The notes under the pieces are model-generated. The model saw nothing but the letters and a program-made list of their open reading frames with translations. It was not told the origin of the DNA and did not search any database. The position numbers and the translations under genes are program-made. From the NCBI GenBank assembly GCA_016748015.1, contig JAAOMT010000571.1:346582-410581 (forward strand): a stretch of 64,000 bases of DNA. Direction: 5' to 3'. Shown piece by piece: positions 37,603-50,997 of the stretch. The DNA is from Geosiphon pyriformis uo1 (Eukaryota; Fungi; Glomeromycota). Every line of letters begins with the position of its first letter. Positions within the stretch are counted from its first letter, which is position 1.

Positions 37603-40600
37603 TTAAAGTTCTCCTAGGAAGGATCTTTCTTTTGAAATTATTAAGATGAAGTTTTTGTTGAGAAGGCAATGGTTTTTTTATATACCTTTCAAATGTTAGG
37701 TTACTCTAGAAATTCAATTTTTTCAGGCATAACATTAATGGTTAATTGGAGTATTAACTATTCACCCTCTTTTTAGAGTAGCAAAAATATTTCTCATATT
37801 TACAATTAATTTCACTTGTAACGCATTATCGTTATTTGAAACTTTTTTTAGTATATTCTATATTATTCTGATATAACTAAAAAGATTTCCAGTCTAGCAC
37901 ATTCTTACGCTAAGGGCTATCATTGAAATTTTAGAACAAAGCCTTTGAGGCTTTAAACCTTAATTTTTCGTAGTAAGAATGAAGCCACTATCTGTGACTT
38001 TGAATCTAGACCATTTTAATTACTCTAGTAAAATAACGTTTGCCAATTTGATTTTTTAAGAGAATAGATTTGATCGGATGACTTCCCAATATCTTATTAA
38101 TTTGAAATAGCAAGCAACATATTAAACCAAAGAATGACTTTGATATTTCAGGTTTTGAGGCTAGTGGTAGTGATTTCACGACTTTCTTAATTGGGGTTTT
38201 ATTGTTTTGGCTCTTTTGCCTTTTTTGCCTTTTTTTAAGGCGGAATATTTCTTTTCCAGTTGCTTATTCTTCAATAACATTATATGACATGTAAAAACAT
38301 CTTAAACTAATAAATAATCAAGGATTACCTAATTTTAGAGGCTGGTGGCAATATATTCTTATTAGGATTTCATTGATTAGCTTTTTTTACCTTTTAATTC
38401 ACCTATAAATTTGTGAATTCAAGATGTTTAGATATTTTGCAAAATATTATTTATTATTATTATTATTTTTCAAATTATATTATACGTAAAATCTATTGTC
38501 TTTATCGATTTTAACAAAGCAAACCGTGAATGTTGGTGCTGTGCCGTTTTGTTTAACTGTTAATTGGTTCTCTATCTCCAAGCTTTCTTGCAATTAAAAC
38601 ACTCTTTCAATAATAAAATAGGGAGGATATTAGATAAGATTTTAACAAACTTAAAGATAAAGCAAGGAGGCAACAAATCTAGGTGTAAAACTTACAAGCT
38701 GTTCCTAAAATTAGAGAATCTCGTATTAAATTTTTGTTAAATAGTTCATAATTTCAATTCTCGATTCATAATTTTGCTCAATTATTAACCCTTAAGACAT
38801 GTAAGTAGTTTTAATCCAAAATCATTATTTCACTTTCCACAACACCTATTTGCTTCTTCGATGTTTGTGACGTCACATTGACGGATATAAAATGGATAAC
38901 AAAAAGATTTATCAGTCTTATGTTTTAACTTTAGGCGGAATTTTAAAACAACGACTGCAAAACTTATACTTTTCAATAATTAAAAGGTTTAAAGAGAAAT
39001 TAGGATATTAATTAATAAATGAAAAAATTAATATTTGTAATATTTAATTTTTTTACCTAAAATTTAAAACAATAATTTATTATATAATTTTTGGTCAATG
39101 GATGAGATATTTGTTAGAAGGTTAGATTATATTTTAAATATGAAAAAATAATCCCGTCTCTTCAGAAAATTCAAATTATTTAGCAACAAAAATTATGTTT
39201 TCAAATTAATTTAATCAGTTCTATCAAGTTTTTTATTATCAATCCCACCTTTATTTCTTTTTTCTCTTCTTAGTTGTTAAAAAAAATCAATATATCAAGT
39301 TTTCTTCGTTTTTCACAAATAAACTTGATTTTATAATTCACCAACATTATAACATCTAATTGTACATAGACTTGATCCTGCTTATCAGGAAGAGAGAACT
39401 AGGCTAGAAAATTTGTTAGTTAGGTAGAATCTTAAATGGGGAGGTTAAATTGGGTAATTTATCGAATACAAGATAGTATTTCTTCGGGTTTATTGAAAAT
39501 GGTTTTTGTCAAATTCTTTCAAGAATCAAAAGTAATTATGTTGGGAAATATTTTAATTTTTAAATTCTCGAGATTCTAATTATTTGATTATGTATGTGCA
39601 GAGTAAAGTTTTATCTCATGGATCCAATTTTTTTCGAGACATATATAAATTAGTTATTTATCTTTCCCTATGATCATAGATTTGGTTTCTAAAAAATCAA
39701 CTATTTAGTAAAACTTGTATTTATTAAATTAAAAGTAAATAAAAGGTTTAAATAACAGAAAATCCCAATACTATTTGTTATGCATATAAGTATATTGTTT
39801 CTAAAAATATATAACTTTTCATTTTAACATAATGGTGTATTGCATCGATTGGTGCAATCCCAATATCCCATTGTGATCGTCATTCTTCACCATTTTTTTA
39901 TAATATAAAATAGATTTTAGTTCCACAAAAAAAATGAACCTCAAAAGATCCCCAAAAATACTAATATCAATAAAAATTTTTCCTTGTGAGATGTTAATAT
40001 AGCAAAGTGAATATTGAATCCGCTGTAGAAACCCTTGTAAGTTCAAAGAGAATGATATAAATACGCCCACCAATGGTAAAAGACAGGATTTAACTTTCGT
40101 AAATCCTTAATACCAGTTATTGCTGACCTTTATTGCTTTCTGTACCTACATCTAGTCCTGAGTTTCAGGACATGACAACTATGTCAGCCGGAATAAAATT
40201 CTAGTTCGTAAGATATGGATTTAAACCTCGGACTGAAAAGTTTTTTATCTCCTACAAAAAGTTCTTAAATTTGTACAAACAAAAACTAAATAACTATTGT
40301 AGAAAAGACTTTTTCAAAACAATTGAAATCAAAAAATATAAGTTTAAAGATGAATGGAAATCATGAAGTTTTGCAATTTAAACCTATCTTATATCATTAT
40401 GTAGAAGATTAAATTAATCGCAAGCTCTTATTGTCATCATATTAGGCTGTTATTTAAATATAGATAATGGAAAATAAATTAATACTCCCAATAAAAATAC
40501 TAAATAAGCAATACAGCACCAACATATTACCTGCAGAAGCCTATATATTAGAAATTGGGATTCTTGCCTTAATATAATTTGAAAAATAATAATAATAATA

Positions 40601-41790
40601 AATAATATTTTGCAAAATATCTAAACATCTTGAATTCACAAATTTATAGGTGAATTAAAAAGGTAAAAAAAGCTAATCAATAAAATCCTAATAAGAATAT
40701 ATTGCCACCAGCCTCTAAAATTAGGTAATCCTTGATTATTTATTAGTTTAATATGTTTTTACATGTCATATAATGTTATTGAAGAATAAGCAACTGGAAA
40801 AGAAATATTCCGCCTTAAAAAAAGACAAAAAAGGCAAAAGAGCCAAAACAATAAAACCCCAATTAAGAAAGTCGTGAAATCACTACCACTAGCCTCAAAA
40901 CCTGAAATATCAAAGTCATTCTTTGGTTTAATATGTTGCTTGCTATTTCAAATTAATAAGATATTGGAAAGTCATCCGATCAAATCTATTCTCTTAAAAA
41001 ATCAAATTGGCAAACGTTATTTTACTAGAGTAATTAAAATGGTCTAGATTCAAAGTCACAGATAGTGGCTTCATTCTTACTACGAAAAATTAAGGTTTAA
41101 AGCCTCAAAGGCTTTGTTCTAAAATTTCAATGATAGCCCTTAGCGTAAGAATGTGCTAGACTGGAAATCTTTTTAGTTATATCAGAATAATATAGAATAT
41201 ACTAAAAAAGTTTCAAATAACGATAATGCGTTACGAGTGAAATTAATTGTAAATATGAGAAATATTTTTGCTACTCTAAAAAGAGGGTGAATAGTTAATA
41301 CTCCAATTAAACATTAGTGTTATGCCTTAAAAAATTGAATTTCTAGAGTAACCTAACATTTGAAAGGTATATAAAAAAAACCATTGCCTTCTCATAAAAA
41401 ACTTTTTCTTAATAATTTCAAAAGAAAGATCCTTCCTGGGAACTAAATATAAAATTCTAAAGAGTACTTTAAGTGGCAAAGAAAACTTTTGTAATATCTG
41501 CCTTATTTTATGTTGCTCTCCTCACCTTTACTGGAACGGTCTCAGCGAATGAAAAACGCGGAAGTAGTAATGGAAATAATAATGGAAATGATAATCTTGG
41601 CAGCAATAATGGAAATAATAACGGCAACAATAATCACGGTAGCTTGAATGGAAACAACAATGGCAACTTCAATATCGGTTGGTCTCACGGTAATAGGAAC
41701 GGCAACGACGACTGGAAGAGAGACTTATATAAGAGAGAGCCAGTTATTAAGTGAATTGGGCTCAACAAACGCGGAAGTGGTAACTTGAAG
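37290..41790. repeat. Inverted duplication: near-identical arms ~37290-38482 and 40570-~41790 around a 2.1 kb spacer
   Basis: The promoter (~870 bp) and 5' coding regions are reverse complements with few substitutions. More diverged homology continues outward (36840-36910 vs 42075-42137). Confidence 0.92.
39370..39870. repeat. Dispersed diverged duplication, copy 1 (copy 2 at ~62350-62905)
   Basis: ttatcaggaagagagaactaggctagaaaatttgttagttag aligns with ttatcaggaagagagagaattaggataaaaactttgtgagttag, and both copies share gattggtgcaatcc. Confidence 0.7.
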
Positions 41791-41838
41791 AGAGATCCTA
41801 TGTTCATTTTACCCGATATCCCAATTGATATGTCTTAA
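41473..41838 (+). pseudogene. GN-repeat gene 3, inverted paralog of gene 2: GTG start and premature TGA; probable pseudogene or truncated single-module variant
   Basis: The start context is tttaaGTGgca, against tttaaATGgca in gene 2. TGA occurs at 41752-54 where gene 2 has CAA. The frame continues IGLNKRGSGNLKRDPMFILPDIPIDMS* to 41838. Confidence 0.8.
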
Positions 41839-44800
41839 AAAGTTTATTTTAGATCAAGTTTTTAAATTCTCTTAGCTGTACATACTCCCTTGTTCATGTA
41901 ATTAACTTGTATAATTTCTTATAAAGAGATTTATTTTACATGAATCTCAATAAAAAAATGTCAATCTTTTGGTAAATTCGAATTTGATATCCTAGTTTGA
42001 CTTGCATACTTAAATGATTCCATTTATAATAGTCATTTCAATATATAAACCGCGAATTTAATCTTCATAAATAGGCAAAATATACTTCAGACTACAGCTG
42101 AGAAAATGTTCAGGAAGCTCAAATTCGATAACCTTTGATTTGTAATATTATCCGCTAAAATTTAAGTTTTTTTCTATTATGATAAATACAACTCGAATTT
42201 ATAAATTACGATCAATGGTTAATTTTTTCATGTAAAGCAAAATATTAGGTTTATTAAAAAATCTTTGTACTCCTGGTTTTTTAAAAAAAATATAATTCCT
42301 ACATATTTTGCTTTCCATGACATTTTTTTGATAAATGCTCTAGATTTGGATATGACTAGCCAAATTTGAGCTTTTCAAAATCAATAGTTTTTTAAAGAAA
42401 ACCATAATTACAAATGTCAAACTTTTATCTCTGAAAAAAATTTTAGTATGTGTATTTTTCTAATAACTTCTAAAATTATTATTATTTAAAAAATTTCTGG
42501 TAAAAATTCTTTCTTATTTTTATATCTATTTGGGATTTATTTTATAATGTAAAATATTCAAATTTGTGTAGTTGAAATAGAAATTAAAAAACTAAGTTTA
42601 TTTTTTCAACTAAATTTTAATTTCTTGTCATCCAACTACTATTTACAGATTACAACATATGTATTTTCAAATATAGACATGAATTATTCTCTTTCTAATT
42701 AGCCATCTAGGCCAATTAAAACTACTTTGTGTTAAAGCATTATGCAAAGTATTTATTTTTTAGTTTTTTGTTATGTTTCAAAGTAGAATCTAATATGCTT
42801 ATTAGAACACTTATTATATTATCTAAACAATTAACAGATTTAAGCAAATACTATAGAACATTTTTAACAATTTTAAAATATTAATTATTTAATACATCAA
42901 AATTTTTGATTCAGTATTTAGTATTAATTTGTAGTTAATTCAATTTTTTAGTGCAAAACTGAAAAATCAAAGCTTTATGCTTTAAAGAATAAAATAAGTT
43001 TAAAAACAGTAGTAACAATAATAAAGTTGTTAAAATATATACAAAAATTATCTAATATATAACTTTTTAAATAATTTTTTTTTAAATATATATAATACTT
43101 ATAATTTATAATAATGAAAACATAAAAAACAAAACCAATTATTAAACACAGCATATTTTATTTAGTTTTAATGGTTTTTACAACAATAAAACAATAAAAT
43201 TACTAATTTATTTAATTTTATTACATTTTATTATTGTTAAGCTTGATTTAACGTTAATTTTAACTAATTTTAACTAGACAAAATAATTTATTTCGATTTT
43301 AAAATAATATTTAAATGCTTTTATGCTTTTATTTATTGAAAGCTTTTCTATTAATTGAAACTAAATTTGTTAATAAACTTAAAAGTTAACATTATATTTA
43401 AAAAATAAAAGTTAAATATTAAAATAATGGCATTTTCAATAGTATATACTTACAAATTTGTTATCATCAAAATTAATTTAGTGTTTTGACAATTAAATTA
43501 AATATATTGTCTGATATCACAGTATTAATATTACCCAAAATTCTTTTGTAAGCTTTTAACATTAATTTTATTCTATCTACAAAGCAAATTACGATAATAA
43601 GTACTAATTTTAAAGGATTACTTGAACAAAAATTCTTATGTTCACTCTAATTTGGTTAATACTTGAGTAGCTTTTTACTTCTGTAGTTAATTGCTTTGAA
43701 GAGCAGAAAAAGATAACATAACAATTAAAATATGTCAGACAATATTTTTATTGACATATTCAGCAGCAGAGCACAGCCATTATTAGATAACACAAAGTAA
43801 TCTAACTAACTACTGATAAATGTGACTTAACTAAATGCCACTATGCCTAAGGAAATACTTTGCCAGCCGAACTTCAGAATCCATTTTGCTTGTGTGGCAT
43901 CAGAATTTTTTTTTCAGCACGTTGCTCAAGATTTTTCTTTAATACTGTTGAGAACACAACTAATGTTGTGGTTAACACAATAATTTGCTGCAATAGCATT
44001 ATATGTCCAATTTTTTCCAGGTGTGTCAAAAAAACATTGATATGTTTGAAGGTGAAAATTATGCGAATAACAAAAGATCTGTAATGGAAGAAATTCACAA
44101 TTTAAAAAGTAAAATGAGTGTTTATATTATATAGCAATAAGCGCATATATGGGGCGTGCTGCAACAAAACAAAAAATATTATTGGTTCAATAATAAGTCA
44201 TGGTTTCATATTATAAATTATATTTGTTTAAAAACAAGTCTTAATTTTATTCAAGTTTCCAAACTAAAATAAAATTATCTAGTTTGCTTATTATTTTTCT
44301 TTTCAACTTTGTTTTTTTTTTTAAATTTTGAGACAAATAGAAGCACAAGCAGATTTTAGAGTAAATGAATTGCTACCCTCTTCAGTTATTATTTTATGGA
44401 ATTCTTTTACAGAATGGTGGTTTTAATCAACTGTTATAAATTGTTATTTTACTAAAAAAAACAAGCCAAACAAAGAGTAAAAAAATACAGCTACTTTCTT
44501 GACTGACACAATACTTGAAGTCTCTGAAAATGTCTAAACTTTTCTGAATTTTTTTATTTCTTTGACATAAGTTCCATTGAAATTCTCATCGCCAATATTT
44601 TTTCTCTACAAAAATACAGAAATCTAAGTGATTTAAATGATTTTGGAATACTGGAAAAACAAACTTCATTAAAAAATTTTTGACTTGCACAATTTATATT
44701 TAGTAATAAAATTCTAAAAACAAAATTTAGCATGTTAAAATACCATATGCTAAAAATTATCATATTTGAGTTTCATTAATATTTTTTCAACTGTATTCTG

Positions 44801-45079
44801 AAGTGGATTTTATTAATAACTATTTGAGTTCTCGACTTTGGATTTTCGAAGCAAGAGACTCCGTTTCTGTGTTTACTAGCTTTATCTATTTAAGAAGATT
44901 AAATTCCGGCTTATATATCGAATCACTATTATAAATGAAATCATTTAATTATGCAAATTAAACTAAGTTATTAAATCTGTCGCTTCTTCGAATTTACTAA
45001 AAAGATTTATATTTTTTTATTGAGATTTAAGTAAAATAAATTTCTTAATAAAAATTAATATAAGTTAATTATATGATAA

Positions 45080-45400
45080 GGGAGTATGTACAGCTAAGAG
45101 AATTTAAAAACTTGATTTAAAATAAATTTTTTAAGACCTATCAAATCGGGATAGGTTTATAGGGTGATTATTCCCTAAATAAAATAAAAACTACCGTTAT
45201 AATTTCCATTGTTGCTTCCAAGATTACCATTTCCATTATTATTTACATTTTAAATGTTAGGTTACCCTAGAAATTCAATTTTTTTCAGGCATAACACTAA
45301 TATTTAAATGAAGTATTAACTATTCATCTTCTTTTTAGAGTAGCAAAGAAATTTCTCATATTTTTAGAGAAAACCCTTTTGTAGTAATAGAATGAAGCCA
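45080..45400 (-). pseudogene. Deleted remnant of a fourth GN-repeat gene
   Basis: 45080-45152 matches the gene 3 stop and 3' UTR (41815-41889). 45191-45243 encodes NNNGNGNLGSNNGNYNGS. 45250-45365 matches the promoter at 37690-37800. The TATA box and signal peptide are missing. Confidence 0.8.
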
Positions 45401-45411
45401 TTTTTTGCGCC

Positions 45412-45412
<1 letters not shown>

Positions 45413-45451
<39 letters not shown>
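45413..45451. repeat. (AAT)n microsatellite
   Basis: Direct reading of the sequence. Confidence 0.9.
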
Positions 45452-46617
45452 TAAAGCAAGAGTTAAATTCGAAGCAGTTTTTTAAGAAATGAATATTTTT
45501 GGTCATTTAATACTTTTTAGTTTTTGGAAAGATTTTTGACTCACTCTTTGAATGTCTCTAATTTTTCACGTTTAAAAAGATTAAAATCATATAATATTAA
45601 CTTATTAAGAATTAATTAAATTTTGAAATTAAAAAAATATTAAAAAGGTAAATAAACAATCATTTTTTATTTATTTATTTATTTATTTATTTTGTTTGAT
45701 TTGGTTTTGTGAATAAATATTTCTTAAATTCTAAATTTTTGCGTAATTGATTTCATTAGCAAAATATTATCCTTATTTTTAGTATATTAATTATCGTTGT
45801 AAACCGAAATATTTTTAGCAAGAAGATATTTTATGGTCAAAAACCATAAATTTCATGAACCATAACCTTTCTTGAAGTTTTGAACCTCAAATTTTCTTAT
45901 TATCTGAGTGAAAGTTTCTAATTGGTGGCTTTGAATTTTGAACATTTTATTTTATTCTGATAAAATGATGGTTTATTAATTTTAGTTTTAAACCTTACTC
46001 AGATCCTGTTTGTTTTTTTTAAAAAAAAAATCATAATTGTTATTAATCAGATGGAATTACTTTTTTAGGCAAAAATTGAACATATAAAACTACTATAAAT
46101 CGCTTATCTGACAGATCATAGCCTTTGAATTGACAAAAATAAGATTTTAAATACGTTCATAAATTGTCAACTAAATGATTATCTTCATAAAAAAGATTAA
46201 ATATTTAAACGGTAATATTTGTAATTTTTGACTTGTAAGTCTATAGTTGTTCTAGAATGTGAATAAATTTGATTTTTAAATATTTTTTTTGATCATAATA
46301 GTTTAAAATTATTTCAAGCTAATTAACTAAAAATAAATATTTTTCACTAAAAACTTTTGTATTTGACTGGAAATTGGTTTAACATGTTTTAATATTTTTA
46401 GTACATTAACCATAGCTTCTTCATTATATTTTGTAAAGCAAATTATTGATAAAATTATTAGTATGTATGTTATTTTATTCAGAGTAAATTTTTTAATGAG
46501 TAATATTTTTTGAAAATATTAATTTATTTTAAATGTCTTCTTTTTAAAATTGATAATTATATATATTTTGTTAAGAGTTAAAATTTTACTTCTTTTTGAT
46601 TCAAATATATATATGTA

Positions 46618-47380
46618 CAGACGGGTCACAGAAAATTAGGAAAATTTCCTCAAAATCTTGAAGATTTTTTTAAAGATTGCAATAATATTAACAACCTTAA
46701 AATTGCACTTGCGTGGTTATCGTTCATAAAAAAAGACATTCATCATCTTTTGTTTAATCTATTATTTAAGTAATGAGCGACTTGAAAATTTGTGTATAAT
46801 GTCATAAAAGGAGCTTTATAATTCTGATTATAAATTAGGATTCATTAAAAGTGGAGGTAAATCTATCATGGTATGGGGACGTATTAAAGGACAAAATTTA
46901 AACCATTTAATTCATACCTTTTTCACGTATGACTGGTGAAGCATATGGAAGCCTTATATTAGAGATATAGTTTATCCAATGATTATGATCAATATTTCAG
47001 AAAGATAACGCTCCAATTCACAAATGCAAGCTTGTGAAAGAAACTTTAGGATAATCTTGGAATTTTGACTTGGAATAGCCCCCACTAATCCCCAGATCTT
47101 AGTCCAATAGAAAATATGTGGAGAGAGGTTAAAAATTGGATTCATCAAAATTGAAAGCCAAGAACAAAAATTGAATTGGGGTAAACAGTCTTTACTAGAT
47201 GGAACAATGTTCCATTAAAGACAAATCTTCAATTTTAATTAACACGATGTCAAAACGTGTGTTAAAAAATTAATAAAAAAAAGAAAGTTTTTTTTTTTCA
47301 ATAATCAAGTTATAGTGAAAAAGAAAATTTTATTACATATCTCGGTACCATTTTTTATCCTCGTAATTTTGTGTGGCTAA
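46618..47380 (+). mobile_element. Internally deleted Tc1/mariner relic
   Basis: TA is followed by the left TIR CAGACGGGTCACAGAAAATTAGG. Motif remnants: SGGKSIMVWG, FQKDNAPIH, PDLSPIENMW. A partial right TIR lies at ~47360-47380. Confidence 0.75.
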
Positions 47381-47449
47381 AAAAATTTTAACTTTAAAGT
47401 TCGTATTTTACTCTTTATAATCAATTCGTAATTCGTTAAAGTGATCAAT

Positions 47450-47823
47450 GCAGTTTTTGGCAAATAATTCCATCTTCAACAAAATATCGGTTCAAATTAT
47501 CCCATATTTTGCGAAATTTGTTTTTTCTACTTCACGTTTAACGATTGCCCATAGATTTTCAATAGAATTTAGATCCAGATTACACGACAACCAGTCAATA
47601 GCTTGAACATTTTTCGCAAGAAATGACTTAGCTACTCGACCTTTATGCTTGGGATTGTTATCTTTTGAAAGTTTTCCAATTCTTCCCAAGTATCCCATTA
47701 ATGACATTTGACCTAATCAACACATTTCTGCTTTTCAAGTCTCATCAGCATCAGCATCAGCATCAGTGTAGTAATGGTAGGGTGATTTTTAAATTGTGCG
47801 ATATGAGATGTGTACACCCTCTG
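47450..47823 (-). mobile_element. Tc1/mariner transposase fragment
   Basis: ORF 47492-47707 contains DNNPKHK...WLSCNLDLNSIENLWAIVK. A possible end, TA-CAGAGGGTGTACAC, is at ~47823. Confidence 0.75.
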
Positions 47824-48136
47824 TATATTTAGTTTAGTAGAAATTTTTCGCAGACAAATGAAATTTTTTATAAGCATATTGATATACTTTTCTAAATATA
47901 TTTTTCACATTTTTATTGCAAAATTGAGATAGGAAATTTAGTGAGTTTACTTAATTTGACACAGAACATTCACTTTCATTCCAAAAGGATAATCAGCTTT
48001 TTGCTTCTTGTGTTCCTTGACCGAGAGATTCATCTTCGATGTCAATTACACACAAGGCTGGAAATTAATTACGCTTTGGAAATGAAAGAAAATTAAGTCC
48101 TTTGAGTACGCTAATTTTTCCCTGTTGACTGTTACG

Positions 48137-48140
<4 letters not shown>

Positions 48141-48175
<35 letters not shown>

Positions 48176-48258
48176 AATTACTTGAAGAATTATTTGAATT
48201 GTGTTTCACCGTTAAAAATTAGATTAAAATAAGAATAAGAATAATACTTATTATTGTT

Positions 48259-48298
<40 letters not shown>

Positions 48299-48555
48299 TG
48301 TCTTCTTCTTCTTCTTCTTTTGAAATCAAAAAAAAATACTTTCAAAATACCCAAGTTAATAAATCATCAAAAGAGAAACGCCATTCTTCTTCCATATTTG
48401 GTAAATGTTTATAATATTTTACGAACAATAGCAATTTAAGTGAGGTCATTGACGCATGATTAGGATAAACTTCTACAAACCTTTCCCAAAATCTGCCTAT
48501 ACACAAAGTTACATTGTAAGTTACATTTGACTTACATGCATTTGCAGCTGAATAC

Positions 48556-48593
<38 letters not shown>

Positions 48594-49230
48594 ATGATGA
48601 TTATGATGATGATTATGTACGCGAATATAATGATTCTAAAACTTTGTAAAAAATAATTCTAAAAATAAAAACTTTAATTGTTTGTAAACACACATACATC
48701 TTTTTTATTCCCAGGCACGAATCAGAATCACATTGTAAAAATATAGAGGAGGACAGGGTAAACACTCCTTGTTTAATAATAATAATAATCATGGAGACCA
48801 TATCGTAATTCGTACTGGTTACCTACTTTATTTTTTTTATTTTACAAGGGAGTTGTTTGAAACTTTGACGACTGTTTTTAATTCCAAGTTTCAAACATCA
48901 AGAAATAGAATTTTTAAAAGTGAGAGATTTTGAATAAGGATTAAAGTTATAACGAAACTCTGAAGAATTAAACTATCCTTAGTCTTATTATTATTTTAAT
49001 GATAAAATTTTGAATAAATATAGTAGCATTTGTATCATTATAAATATCTTTGAATTTATAATGATTATAGATTACTGAATCATAACAAAATGTTTGATTA
49101 TGCATAAAATTACATAAATTAAATGTGACATTTAAACATTTTACGACAATGGGAGATCTTTTGGATTATACATGTAAAAATTGATATTAACAAAATCCAA
49201 AGTTTCAAGTATAAATTTTTAAATTCTCAC

Positions 49231-49274
<44 letters not shown>

Positions 49275-50943
49275 GGTAAAATGCTTTTTTTATTTGAAAC
49301 AGATACATGGGAACTGGAAAAATCCAAAACGGATGGATTATGGGTACACAAAATTTGCCATTGTTCCTTTCCAGAAAATCTTTTTTTTCTATGATCTATT
49401 TTCGTATTCAGGACTTATTTGTTTTTTCCCCTTATTTATGTATGATGCATAATGTTTAATTCCCAAAATAGGAATTGAATTATGATCATTGTTAAAACTT
49501 TACTATGTTTTTTTAAATCAGGAAATATATAAAATTTTTCATATCTTGGATAACTTTCACACACACCCACACACACACATATACACATACACTTACACAT
49601 ACACATATACACACACATACACACATACACATACACCATTTAATTTTAAAATTACGAGAATTTGTGTGTTTCATATCGTGAAACATATATGAACTTACCT
49701 TGTTCATTTGCTTTCTATTTTCCTTTCTGTTTCATTTGATTTTGTAACTTTCTTAAATCTTCTCATTCATTCATAGTGAATTGTAACCCCAGGAAAACTC
49801 TTCAAGAGAATTCTATTGCAGTAATTTCTAAATTTAGTCAGCCAACTCATTATTTCATTAAACAGATTCTCTGGAAAATAGAACAACTTTCAAGAAACTG
49901 AAAAATTATTTGATCAAATTATTTTTTCAAATTACATAAGCATTTGTAAAAATATCGAATCTAATGACAGGATTTTTTACGATAAAGTTTTTTTTTTAGC
50001 TTAGATATTTCAGTAAAAAGAATCTTTTATTTTCCAAGTTAAAATTATCAAACACTTTTCGGAGTTGTTAAACCAAGAGGGCATAAAATCTCGTTGCCAC
50101 AAATATTCACAAAAAAAACAAAAACAATTCATGACCTTTGAATTGCTAGTTAGTATATTCCAATTAAACTTTGGTGATTCAAATTATCAAAGTTAATAAT
50201 CTACTCTTGAATTCTCATCCTCAAGTTCTTTTTAATTCTGACTTAAACAAGATTTTGAATATTTAATAATAAATCAGAGGAACAAAGTATATTAGAAATA
50301 TGAGAAATATTTTCATGCAGGGAGGCGTCTCATAAGATTACCAAAAAAAATTATGAACCAATCATTTCCCCTGTTATATTTTTATCATGATTTCTTATAA
50401 TTGTGAAACTTACAAATGTTACTCGTCAACCATGTCTATTTCAAAGGTCAACCGTTGTTCAAATGTATTTGAAATTTTTTTGTGTAAAAAAACATATGAA
50501 CAATAGTATATAGTATCACTTCAAAAAAAAAAAAAAAATTTGTGAAATATTTTAAAACGTGAAATTAGTTTTTATGCATAATTTGTAATTTATTTTTTTA
50601 TTTTTTTATTTATTATTTTATTAATATCACGAATCTAATAATTTTTTTTCTTTACCTATCTAATATATTATTATGTTTTGAAAAGTTTAAATATTCGGCA
50701 GTATGAAAAAAAATTTGAAATTTGAAATTTGAAATTTTTTACCCCATGTAATTGAAGTGATTCAAGATCTCACAAAGTTTCAGATCGTACTTTGTGAACA
50801 TTCAAATTTTTTTTGGTAGGTAGGTATCCTATCAGAATGATTTTTCAAGATATAGTGTTTAGGCAACTAACTAAACTAATTAATTAATTAATTAAAAGAA
50901 CTATAGGTTTTCGGTTTCTCATAATAAAAATTTCATGCTTTCA

Positions 50944-50997
<54 letters not shown>

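Noticed and set aside
43620-44180. Possible gene or transposon relic with overlapping short ORFs
   Set aside because: It looks coding-like but is frameshifted, with no motif I can assign.
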